From assembly GCA_002269645.1 (NCBI GenBank), contig NIVC01002532.1, positions 11,195 through 75,194 on the forward strand: DNA of 64,000 nucleotides, written 5' to 3'. This stretch comes from Macrostomum lignano (Eukaryota). Position numbers and translations under genes: made by a program. Below the pieces are notes generated by a model. It did no database searches. It saw only the letters and a list, made by a program, of their open reading frames with translations, and was not told the origin of the DNA. Shown piece by piece: positions 23,012 through 34,800 of the stretch (within the stretch, counting starts at the first letter, position 1; each line of letters starts with the position of its first letter).

Positions 23012-25520
23012 TCAACGCAGGCCGCTCAACCCGACGCCGCTCAGCGGGCCGGCCTTCCGCCCGGAGCCGCCGCCAGCCGTGGCCGCCGCCTTGCGCTTCT
23101 TGGCGGCCTCCTGCGACTCGACCAGCTGCTGCTGCCTTAGCCGGAACTCGGCCATGGGGTCCTCGAAGCCGCTGTAGAACTCCAGCACCCCCCGGACATC
23201 GTCCACTCGCTCGGCCAGCAGCATCCGCAGGAAGGCGGCGAGGTCGATGAGCTCCAGGTCGCGGTCGTCGCCGCGCCAGCGCCGCATCGCCAGGCAGTTG
23301 CGCGGCTGCAACTGGCAGGCCTTGGCGTCCCAGTCCACGAAGATCACCTTGGACAGGTCCCGGTTGAGGCAGGACAGGTCCTTCAGGTGCACGCCGTCTC
23401 GGTAGCGCGTGGACTCTCGGTAGAGCCGGTAGTGCAGGAACTGCCGGTCCGGATCCACCTGCGGACGAGTGGAGATAAACTATTGATAACTACTGTCCAC
23501 AATTCAGATTCTTGTTCTAAGTCAACAAAACTTGATGCACAGAAATATTTCAAGCATTGATGGATAAAAGGTGTGCACAGCATGCGACTCTGGTAGGTCG
23601 CAGCTCTCACCCTGTGTTTTAAACACAAACAAAACTGCTGCCCTATCAAAACAGAGTGAACTGCACTTGGAGCTCACCCTGTGCTTCTACCGCAGCTAAG
23701 AACTGCTGCCCTATCACAACAGAGTGAACTGCACTTGGAGCTCACCCTGTGCTTCTACCGCAGCTAAGAACTGCTGCCCTATCACAACAGAGTGAACTGC
23801 ACTTGGAGCTCACCCTGTGCTTCTACCGCAGCTAAGAACTGCTGCCCTATCACAACAGAGTGAACAGCACTTGGAGCTCACCCTGTGCTTCTACCGCAGC
23901 TAAGAACTACTGCCCAATCACAAGTGAACTGCACTTGAAGCACAGCTTAATTTGCCCCATTGGCTGTTTTTTTAGATTGACGCAAGCTGCCTGTTCGCAG
24001 CTCTGCTCAACAGACGAACTACCAAAGCAGCAAAAACTGTCAGCAGAAAAATCCCCCCATAGTAGTTGACGCGCGAAAAATGGCTTTGTATTTCCAGTGT
24101 TTTAAAGCGCTGGGGGGAATTGTTAAGTAAAGTATTACTTAAGAAGTACAATCTTCTGCAACATTGCCACAATGCAATTTAGCCAGCCACAATGCAATCT
24201 GGCGAGCAATAGCCTCGCTGCTAAAGTGTGCTCATTCAATCAGCTAAGGGGTTCGCATGCCACAGAAAACGCTATATAAAAAGCTGACCTGCTTGAGCAC
24301 CGGGTCCAGGTTCATCATGGTGTCCTTGGTGTAGACCACAACTTCAAAGTAGGGCGCCACCTGCTGCAAGAAGACGTCCAGACCAGGCCGCTTCTTGAAC
24401 CGCCAGCCGGTGCGAAACGACCACTCGCTGTGCAGCAGGATGCCGGTGACCTCCAGCACCAGGGTGTAGGGCGGCTGGTAGTAAGGCGGCTGAGCCGGGT
24501 CCGGCAGCAGCTTGTCGGAGATCGGATCCTTGATACTGCGGTTGAAATCGCGCATGTTGGCCAGGGCGCGCAGCAGGTAGGCGACGGGCAGCGGCCTGTC
24601 CGAGAATCGGTCGGGCACGGGGCGGCCGGACTCGTCCGCCTCCGGCTGGCCGAACGAAATCAGTGTGCCGGCGGCGCCAACCGAGACAAAAGCGCCGAAC
24701 AGAACCAGGCTGAGCTTCCAGCTGTTTTTGCCTGCGGGGTGGTCATGATGCCCCTTGGCTCAGCTCCAACTCCAGACATTTGCACCCGCTTCAACCCCCC
24801 CCCCAAGTTAAACCGCACATTCTTATTGGTGTTTCGAGCTGACGTCATCAATGCAAAGCCAGCCAGCCTTCTGGGACCTTTGAGACATTCAATAAAGATC
24901 GCAGTTTTTCAGCTTCTTCATCTCAAATAAATGAAGACAGATCCTGAAACATGGCCACTGATTGTAGCAAATGCGAACTTCTACGTGTTTCCAAAGTGAG
25001 ATTCGAACTCGCGGTAGGCCAGGACCGGTTATTTAGTTCTTGTGCTCGTAGTCAACTGGCCTTAACCTCAGAGCCAGGACCCTATCCGGTGGCGCACACG
25101 TTTGAAGTTCTATTTAACTATCAGCCCGCAGCCATCTTGCACACACTATCAGAGATTCGCTTTCCCTATCCGGTGGCGCACACGTTTGAACTTCTATTTC
25201 ACTATCAGCTCGCAGCCATCTTGCACACACTATCAGAGATTCGCTTCCATTCTCTTGCAACTCTTCAGTAGGCGATCGCTTAATAGCGAACCTTAATTAC
25301 CTGTCCATCGACTCTCTTCAGCGGGAGGCGGCGGCGGCTGCTGCTGCGGCGGGGACCGCGGCTGGCCCTGCGGCTCAGCGGGAGCAGCAAAGCACCGGCA
25401 GCAGAGCAGCTGGCCGGGCAGAGGGGCCAGCAGCGCCAGCGGGCGAATTGGCTGACAGCCACTGCTGGCAAGCAGGCTGAGGAGGCGAGCGCCTCGGGAC
25501 CGGGACAGCACCGAGAGCAT
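23012..25520 (-). CDS. TIMM50: Mitochondrial import inner membrane translocase subunit Tim50, 3 exons, ~369 aa
   Basis: Exons 25520-25301, 24731-24289, 23458-23012 (phases 1, 0). Arg/Leu/Ser-rich presequence, single TM ([24 protein letters not shown]), [42 protein letters not shown]. Confidence 0.96.
23654..23910. repeat. 68-bp tandem repeat (~4 copies) in TIMM50 intron 2
   Basis: Units start at 23654 and 23722. Confidence 0.93.
25080..25250. repeat. Two-copy tandem duplication (~90 bp) in TIMM50 intron 1
   Basis: CCCTATCCGGTGGCGCACACGTTTGAA...CTATCAGAGATTCGCTT occurs twice. Confidence 0.9.
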
Positions 25521-26001
25521 GGGAGACTTGGCGGAATGCGCCACTGCATGAAAGGGTGCGCGCAGCACTGGCAGTCATTTCTGATGGTTTCTACTTGAAT
25601 TTGTTTAGCAAGGTTCGAGAGAGAGTAGTAGAGTATAGCATGCTACAATAAGAAATAGCATAATTTGATATAGCAAAGCAAAAATAATATGGCACAAAAT
25701 AGTATCTACAAACTATTATAAAAAATACTAGTGCACTAGTTGGTTGTCTAATGCACAATTAGGCATTGGCTAATTTGGCTACAATCAAGCAAGTAACTAA
25801 ATAAATTAATGCCTTCAAACTATTTTATATATAAGGGGACAATGTAAATAATGTAAAAATGATCTAGCCATTAGGGCATCAAAACTAAATAAGTTTATAA
25901 TGACAAGTAACAGAAGTATCCACATTAGCTATTAGTCTTAGTCTATGCTCATATTAGATAGGTCCATATTGATAGGACTAATATATTGTAAGCATATCAT
26001 C

Positions 26002-26041
26002 CATGCGTAACCTTGGGAATCACTTGGCCGTTTCTATTGGC

Positions 26042-26103
<62 letters not shown>

Positions 26104-26215
26104 TGTCCCTATTGGCTGAGAGCAGTCATGTGACTACTATTCCATCCAATAGCAACCTACATGTGTGTTGCCAATAGAAATGGCCAGGTGAATCCCTAGG
26201 TTGTGCCCAAGCATG
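26002..26215. mobile_element. Palindromic MITE, copy 1, with internal (CA)n expansion
   Basis: ~40-bp imperfect terminal inverted repeats (GGCCGTTTCTATTGGCAACACAC / GTGTGTTGCCAATAGAAATGGCC); an inverted copy lies at 63260-63426; (CA)~29 at 26041-26099. Confidence 0.85.
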
Positions 26216-26227
26216 AGGGAGGATTGC

Positions 26228-26622
26228 TTTCACAAGCTCGAAATTTCACAAACTCAAAAACCATTTTAGCAGCCACTTTCACAGACCCGAAACTTCATAA
26301 GCTCGAAATTTCATATCCTCGAAAATTTTAGCAGGCAACTTCATAAGCTACTTTCATAAGTAGGCAATTTCATATCCTCAAAAATTTTAGAAGCTGGCTT
26401 CACAAGCTTAAAATTTCACAACTTCGAAAATCATTTTAGCAGCTTTTGAAGTTGCCTGGTAAAATTTTTGAGGATATCAAATTTCAAGCTTGTGAAATTT
26501 TGAGCTTATGAAGTCGGCTGCTAAAATTTTTCAAGGTTGTGAAATTTTGAGCTTATGAAGTTTTGGCTTTGTGAAAGGAAGTGCTTTTTGAGGACTTGTG
26601 AAATTTTGAGCTTGTGAAGTGA
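26228..26622. mobile_element. Foldback-like element with modular inverted arms
   Basis: Left arm has repeated CTTCA(C/T)AAGCTCGAAATTTCA modules; right arm has their complement TGAAATTTTGAGCTT(A/G)TGAAG. Confidence 0.7.
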
Positions 26623-26723
26623 CCCAAGTATGATAAGCATAGGATATCCCCTAGGCCTATCCTTACCTTAACCTTAGGCTTATTAAACATTACTTAATAG
26701 CCAAGATAGACCTAGGCCTAAAA

Positions 26724-26953
26724 CAGGGGTTGGCAACCTCTGGCCCACAGGCCAGATCTGGCCTGTAAAGACTTTCTCTGGCCCACGAATTTCTTCTATC
26801 TTCATTATTACAATCTGGCCCAGACCTTTATTGTAACTTTATTAGGTAAAGACTTAGAGGCAAAATAATGGGGGGGGGGGGGCAACCTGTGGCCTATAGT
26901 CTTAAACTAAAAACCTATCTGGCCTTTAAGTAGAAAAAGGTTTCTAACCCCTA
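26724..26953. mobile_element. hAT-like MITE
   Basis: TIRs CAGGGGTTGGCAACCT / AGGTTTCTAACCCCTA; near-8-bp TSD GCCTAAAA before and GTCTAAAA shortly after; related left end at 62345. Confidence 0.65.
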
Positions 26954-28754
26954 TCTAGTCTAAAATGAAAGGTAGTTTTTTCTATAAGTAAATAGCTTTA
27001 TAATATAATTGATTTTTAATTATTGCAATTAATTTGAAAAAAGCAAATATAAACTAGAAAGAAAAAAAACTACTTTGTTATAAAAAAACTAGAAACTAAC
27101 AATTAAAAAATAAGGTTTCTATGTTACATTTTTAAAATAGAAAAACAATTAGTAAATTCTAATAAATATAAAAAATAATACAAAGGTATTAAAATGCAAA
27201 ACTAATATAATTTTGACTAATCTTTTGTTTTTAATTTTTAGATATATACCTCAAATTTTAAGGAATTCTCATTGTTTTGATTTTTTCAAAATGTTAGGGC
27301 CTAGTCTAGCTTAGCCTTTATTGTGCTAGGCCTGTTTTACTTATATTGAAACTTAGATTTAAATTACACCTATTCTATCAATAAATAAAAAATGATAAAA
27401 AATAAAAATGAAAAACAAAAATGGACAGAAAAAATGGATAGGGCCTAGGCCCAAAAATTATTTAAAAAATTAAGAATTCAAGCACTAAGTGTCTATCAAT
27501 ATCACTTTTGATAAGTTTTTTACATTGCATTAGGCCTAGGCATTGTCAGGCTCTTAGTCTTCATATGCCTACTAGTCTTACTTAAAAAAGTTAGCTATTA
27601 TAGTTTATTTGTTTATTTATACATATTCAAATTTAGGCCTTACTAGTAACAATTTTAATTAAGATGAAAATGGGTCAATAAAAGTAGGCCCTAAAATATT
27701 TATAAAAAGTGAAAACCTAGTTTTTGGACAAAAGTGATCACAGTGCCTAATAATACTAACAAAAATTTTTTTTAAAAATGTTGAAAATTGAATATAAAAT
27801 ATGCTAAAAAAGTTTTGTAGACCTAACTTTTTTATTACTTAACCAATTTTCAAAGGTGAGCCAGACATTAGACCTACCCTGGCAGGTTTAGGCTTTATCA
27901 TCAAAAATATTAAACAAGGCTTAAACAGAGACAACAGTTGTGGACTAGCTAGGCCAACGCCTAACTGCTAACTCTAATGAAAAAATAGACAAGAATAAAT
28001 ATAAAATTAATTTGATTGTCCTGCAGAATTGTTTGTTAAACTCACTGTATGCACATTTCTAGCTATTGAAATGAAACTTTCCAAAAATGAATATTGTCCT
28101 TATGCCAACATTTTAGAAGTGTTTAAGATTTGTCTCATCTGTCTAGGTCCTATTTATGTGTATTATAGTATAGGAATAGGCCTAGTCATGATAAGACGTA
28201 AGAGTGAGATAGAGGAAAGAAGTAAAAAATAAATTAAATTTCCTTAGTAAATATGAGTAAGTTAAGGCAGCATCTTCACTGGGGGAGACTTTGTCTTAGG
28301 GTCATGACCTTTTGATACGCTTTGGTTAAAACTTAAAAGTGGTCAAAAAGTGCTACCGACCTGCGTGAAAACCCAAAATATTAGGAAAACTTGATTTATT
28401 TCCGGCTTGTTGATAAGTAAACAAAAGGCGGTGTATAGTGCGCTTCTGATCATTTTCATTTTGACAATCATAATTTAGTATTGTATTTTTTATTTTTTGT
28501 TTTATAATTATGGCAGAACGCTGTTTTGTATGTTAAAGCAGTAATTCAACTTATCGTTTTTTAGTAATTTTCGCGGGGAAATTGAGATTCGACTCGGCAG
28601 TGGGCAGGCAGGCTTCATCATCGCTATCACTTGCCTAAGCCATTATAATAATCCTCAGGCGGTTGTAGTATTGGTAATGTTTTAACAAATATCCGCTTGT
28701 TAAACTGCGTAAATTAAGCTTTTCGTCGACTAAAAAACTTCCATTTTCGTGGCA

Positions 28755-28887
28755 ATGGCGATGATGATAGGGGGGAATACACTTTTCCCACCTAATTTAA
28801 ACTCTGCTGGCGGCGTCGCTGCCGCTGCGCCTGTATCCCAGGCACCAGCAGCAGACTTTGTAACTTCATTTGGAGGCACAGTATACT
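28755..28887 (+). CDS. Probable first coding exon of Argonaute
   Basis: CpG-rich island within AT-rich DNA, ORF MAMMIGGNTLFPPNLNSAGGVAAAAP.... A phase-0 donor GTAACT after 28859 matches the acceptor at 31829; a canonical GTAAGT after 28887 is phase 1, so the exact boundary is unresolved. Confidence 0.45.
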
Positions 28888-29558
28888 GTAAGTATTTATT
28901 GTGTTAAAAACGATTCACCATGGACAAGTTTTTATACACAAGTTTTTAAAAATTAAAGTTACTTGACAGACTGTTTAGTGTACTGTTTAGTAATACTGTA
29001 ATAATAGTTCTTGTGAGGTTAAGATTTAGTTAGTTTACTCTTAAGACTAGGTTTTTGCTATTGTGATTTTTTGGTTTGATTATGATATAATATATAATAT
29101 TGTATTTAATAGCTATTCAGGCAATCCTGAAGTTTCCCACATTTAATTATTTTACGCATTTTTATGCACATTTCAGCCACAGAAAAATGAAATCTCTTGC
29201 AATCATACTATCTAATAATGCAAAATAGGCTAGGCTAAGCCTTACAAACAGGCCCTACTTTGTTTGTAATTAGAGTAAATTGTATTTTTAGTTTTATCAG
29301 ATTAATAGTAGGCCTAAGTTTTGTCTAGTTGCAGTTTAACTTAACATGATCTTGACTTAAATTTTTATAATTTTTTAAATAAGTTAGCCTAGTCTAGCCT
29401 AAGTTACCTAACATTGCTTATTGGTATTGGTATAAATGTATCAAACTCCAGATCATATTGTATATGCCCTAAGGGTGTGCATTTGCCTTGTATGCCAAAA
29501 GTAGGCATGCACAGTTGGCCTATATTACTATTAAGAAAATAGTATGCATATGAATCTA

Positions 29559-30817
29559 CAAGGGCTGCTTAATAAGTTTGTGGAAAATCCCATTTCTGCT
29601 CATCCAATTTGCCCAAAATTTTACCTGCATAAGCATTAACCTAATGACATTTCTCAACATAATTTCCAGCCAATTCCATAAATTTTTTTCATGTGATGAA
29701 ACCAAGCTTTAAAACAATGTCTCAATTCCAGCTGTGAGACACTTTCCAGCTCAGTTCTCAGCACATTTTCTAGCTCTTGATGGCAGCCAAATCATTTTCC
29801 CTTCAAGTTCTTCTTGATCATGTGGTAGCAGTGTCAGCTGAGTCAACTGGAAAAACTGCTGGGTCATCTTGGCAGGTGCATTGTTGTGATTCAGTAGAAT
29901 CCTGCATTCTCTCATCTTTGGATGCTGCTAAGCAAGACTTTTGAGCACTTGCGGCAGACAAATGGTTGAATACCATTCACCAGTCACTGTGGCACAATCC
30001 TCGAGCAGCACGGGTGGTAGGATGCTGCATCATCTGAAGAAAACCACTGCTATGACTTTCCCAATGCTTCACTTGAGACAAAACTTGATAGGTGCATCCT
30101 CATCTCTTGCAATCCACTGCTAGCTCTGCTCTTTGGTTTCTTGGTCATAAAAGTAAACCCAGGTTTCATTACCAGTGATGATGTTATCCACCAAATTTAA
30201 AGCTCCTGTATCAAACTTTTTGAGCAAGTTTGAGAACTCAACCCGAGCCCATATGATCTAGTTTGGGTCCAGGTGGTGGGGGACCCAGCATGCGGACACC
30301 TTCCTCATGCCAAGGTGATTGTGCAAGATGGAAATGATGCTTAAATCCAAAATCCCCACACTTTTCTTGAGCTCTTGAACTATTATGTGTCTATCCTCGT
30401 CTAGTAGCCTCCAGACTGGCTACAGTTGTGTTAGTAATGGCCACATTTAGATGACCTTCTTGGTCATTGTTGTCCAGAGACATGGAGCTGCAGCAAAAGC
30501 AAGCAAACCATTTGTGGACCATTGTCAGAGATGAGGCTTCATTGCCAAGGGCTGCTTGAAGTGTCTGTATGCACTTGGAAGCAGACTGGCTAAGACAAAA
30601 TTAGACAAGAATTACGACTCACCTATTTTGATCAGTGAGACTCAGCATAACCTGCAGAGTTTCACTGCTTCTTTGGCCACTGCATTGCAGCATTTTAGCC
30701 AATCAAGCTGAAATTTTGCATAGCTGTTATGAACATGTGGGAAAGTATTGTGTTAAATTTTGTGAGAATTGGGCAAAGGGAAATGGGATTTTCTACAAAC
30801 TTATTAAGTAGCCCTCA
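29559..30817 (-). mobile_element. Full-length decayed mariner (Tc1/mariner, DD34D-type) transposon
   Basis: Flanked by TA on both sides; ~38-bp TIRs (CAAGGGCTGCTTAATAAGTTTGTGGAAAATCCCATTTC / GAAATGGGATTTTCTACAAACTTATTAAGTAGCCCTCA). Minus-strand remnants LGNEASSLTMVHKWF, LGMRKVSACWVP, IITGNETWVYFYDQETKEQS*QW, GKVIAVVFF, LLNHNNAPA with stops and frameshifts. Confidence 0.92.
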
Positions 30818-31829
30818 TAGTATATACCTTATAGAATCATGCCAAAGAGTTAGTGTTAAATGGAAAAAAGAAAAAAATTTTTTTAAGCATAAATTCCAAG
30901 TTTTACAGTTTTTTAAGCTTGTAATTAGGCATTTGAACAAATTTTTGTATAAATAGATTTTGTGCTATAAATAGTATAGGCAAAAAGCAAAAAAAACCTA
31001 ATTATTAGGCAAAAAGGTCCCCTATGCAACCCAAAAGGTCATTTATTGTTGCAACACTGGTGTAGATTTGAGAGTCTGAGTGTGTACTCAAATTTTTTTT
31101 GGCATATATTTATAATTATTCATTTTTTGTTTGGGTGTGTATTAAGCATAATCTGAAATATGGTAAATGCAGTCTCTCAGTTTAAATTATTCTTCATAGA
31201 ATTATGTAGTATTATATTAGAATTGTGAATTATTTATGAATTATAAATTATATAGAATTAGCATCACAGTTAAACAAAGTGTCCATTAGCCAGTACTTGG
31301 CTAGCCACTACATGGCCATAGTACCAAGTAATGCATCCCATAGTTCAGGTGATATCCATAGTTCAGAATACTCTGTATATACCCTGGAAAAAGATGGCCA
31401 TTTTTGGTGTAAATTTTTGGGTTTAACTAAATCTAGCATTGTGTTGCAGCTGAAATGAGTGCAAATTTAAGCAAAAAATTAAATGATGACTAAAACCATA
31501 TGCAAGGTAATATCCTGTTTACATGTTTAACACCATTGTAAATTAATTTTATCCTCTTTTTCATAATCATAAACTTCTTTTTTAACTAAAACAAAGTGGC
31601 AACATTGTAACTAAAATAAAATTTTTATTTGTAAATTAAAAACTTTTGAATACAAATTCTGCTGCAATTGCCCTGGCAAAAATTGATGACTTACTATAAC
31701 TGTTACTATCATAGAATGTATCTCTGCTTTTTATTCAATAAGCATTTTAAAGTCAATTTTTCAATCTCGTAATGGCCTAAAATTTATTGGCATATTATTA
31801 GTGGCTTGGGTGTCAATAATGTATTTTAG

Positions 31830-34800
31830 AGCCAAAATAATCCCTTTAGCACAATGCAACTCTTGTTCCCCAAACTGCTACTCCCAGTGCCTCCTGGCGG
31901 CTCCCAGCAGCAGCAGCCACCACCGCTGGCACTGCCTGGCGGCAGCTTCAATCCGCAGGCACCACCGCCTCAGAGCTCCGGTGGCGCCTCATCCACGGGC
32001 GGCGCTGGCGGTGGTGGCAGCTCCGGGCCCGGCTCCGCCTTCGGCGGCGGCAGCGACTCGGGCGGCGGCGGTGGTGGAGGCGGCGACCAGCTGTCGCCTG
32101 TCATCGTCTTCCAGCCGCCAATGCGACCGGGCCGCGGCCAGGAGGGACGGCCAATCATGTTGCGGGCCAACCACTTCGAGATCCGCCTGCCCAAGGGATT
32201 CCTGCACCACTACGATGTGGCCATAACGCCCGACAAGTGTCCGCGCCGGGTGAACCGGGAGATCATTGACATCATGGTGAACTCCATGCACCACCAGAAC
32301 TTGTTCTTCAACCAGCGGCCGGTGTTTGATGGCAGGAAAAACTTGTACACCAGGTGAGACCCTTATCTTATCTGCTATTCGAGGCAAGGGGGCTGTGCGC
32401 ACCCTGGTGCACTTTAAGTGACATTGTCACACAACCGGCGATAGACATTACTGCCCTTGCGCAGACTTCCCTGAGCAGTCACACACTCACAGCGGCCCTA
32501 ACTCTATTTATCCTTTGGCGTACACTTCACTGTGCCTTGGGGTTGGCCCTCAAGTACGATAGTTGCACGAGCAGTTGCAAGCCGAGATTCCAATGTAGCC
32601 CCAAATAATGTGACTGCATTTGGAGTCAGGCCTGGGCCACTCGCACACCAGAGCCTGCGCTAGACCGCTGGGCTACGGCCCCACTTAATCTTACTGTTAG
32701 TGACCCACTACTTGGCCAGTAGGTAGCTATGCTCAGTCCGCTGGCTGACCCCTTAGCACGCACACATTTGCGCACATGGCACACGCCCACATAGGGCGCA
32801 CAGCGGCCAGGCTTTCTCGTTGCCAGACAGCCTTAGGGGTTTGGCCCTCATCGGCGAGAATTGCACACGCTCAGTATAAATTTCCTTCATGAATCAAAGG
32901 CCTAAATATAATTTGGTCGCGCATAAGAATAACACCAACCTTGACACGAGAGCCAGACTCAATAACCACTTGTTTACAAACATGCTTATTTTGTTTTAAA
33001 ACAGAGGGTAAAGGAGGGAGCTGCAAGTTTAGATAAAAACTATTTAGTGGACTTGTGTGCATTCAGTGTTGGGTTATCAAAGCCTTGGCATTTCTTCTGC
33101 CGCACTGCATGCACTGTGATTCAGCTGAGTCTCGTAAAACTGGCCCGCCCCCGCAGAGACCCGCTACCGTTTGGCACCGACCGACGCGAGCTGGAGGTGA
33201 CCCTGCCCGGCGAGGGCGGCCGCGACCGCGTCTTCAAAGTGTCATTAAAATACCTGGGCGAGGTGTCGTTGTTTGCACTGGAGGAGGCCCTTGAAGGCCG
33301 CAGGCGGGGCATCCCGATGGACGCGGTGAACGCGCTGGACGTGATCATGCGGCACCTGCCCAGCCTGCACTACACGCCCGTGGGCCGATCCTTCTTCCAG
33401 CCGCCGCAGGCTGGCAGCGAGCACCCGCTGGGCAGCGGCCGGGAGGTCTGGTTCGGCTTCCACCAGAGCGTCCGGCCCAGCCACTGGAAGATGATGCTCA
33501 ACATCGACGTGTCCGCCACCGCCTTCTACAAGGCGCAGAGCGTCTGCGATTTCCTGCGCGACGTGCTGGACTCGCACGACCTGGAGGAGTACAGCAAGAA
33601 ACCGCTGAGCGACTCGAACCGGGTGAAGTTCACCAAAGAGATCAAGGGCCTGAAGATTGAGATCACTCACGGCGGCCAGATGAGGCGCAAATACCGAGTT
33701 TGCAATGTCACCCGGAAGCCCGCCAGCGCTCAGACATTTCCGCTGCAGATGGAGAACGGCCAGACTCTGGACTGCACAGTGGCCAAGTACTTTGCTGAGC
33801 GGTACCGGATGCGGCTGCGCTACCCCATGCTGCCTTGTCTGCAGGTAATGACCGGGTGAAGGGTTTCCTGTGCGCTGCAGACTGGTATGAAGGGTTTCTT
33901 GTGCGCTACATACTGGGATGAAGGGTTTCCTGTGCGCTACGGACTGGGATGAAGGGTTTCCTGTGCGCTACGGACTGGGGTGAAGGGTTTCCTATGCGCT
34001 GCAGACTGGGGTGAAGGGTTTCCAGACTGGGTCCAGGATGCAGTAAGCACTCATTCATCCTTGTAGACAAGCAGTGAGCAGCAAGCCACAAATTTGTTGC
34101 CAAGCCGTCACCGTGAACTGTTTCTCGCCCCATTCCCTGTCTGCAGGTGGGCCAGGAGAACAAGCACACCTACCTGCCACTGGAGGTGTGCAACATAGTC
34201 AGCGGCCAGCGCTGCATCAAGAAGCTGACGGACTCGCAGACATCAACCATGATCAAGGCCACTGCCCGATCCGCCCCCGATCGCGAGCGCGAGATCAACA
34301 ACCTGGTGCGCAATGCGAACTTCAACCACGACAGCCACCTGCAGACATTCGGCATTCAGGTTTGTCACCGTGGCATGCTTACGAGGAGCACCGGCCGGTG
34401 TTGCCTGCATTCTGGCTGTTTCTAAGCAATTTTCTGGCTTGTGTTTCTTTTTTTGTCGGATAATCTGCTTTGACGCAGGTGGACGCTGAGCGGCGGCAAT
34501 TTTCGATGCGGCAGCCTTAGTGTTTAATGCCTGCATGTAGATTGCAGGCTGGAAGATTTCACTTCCCAACCTCAGTCAGCTCTACATGGGGCTATTTTTT
34601 ATACTCGAGCGCACCTGCTGGTGCCCATTTTCACCCTGAGCCTGTTTTCTTTGCTGATTTTCCAAATTGCTGTGAAATGGCGAGACTGCTGCTCGCTTCT
34701 TGTGGGAAACAGCGGCAGTGCTCCGGCCCCCTTACCTCTGCTTTAATCCGCCTCAGCCTATGCTTTACGAGCTTATCGTGTCAGCATTTAATGATCTGCA

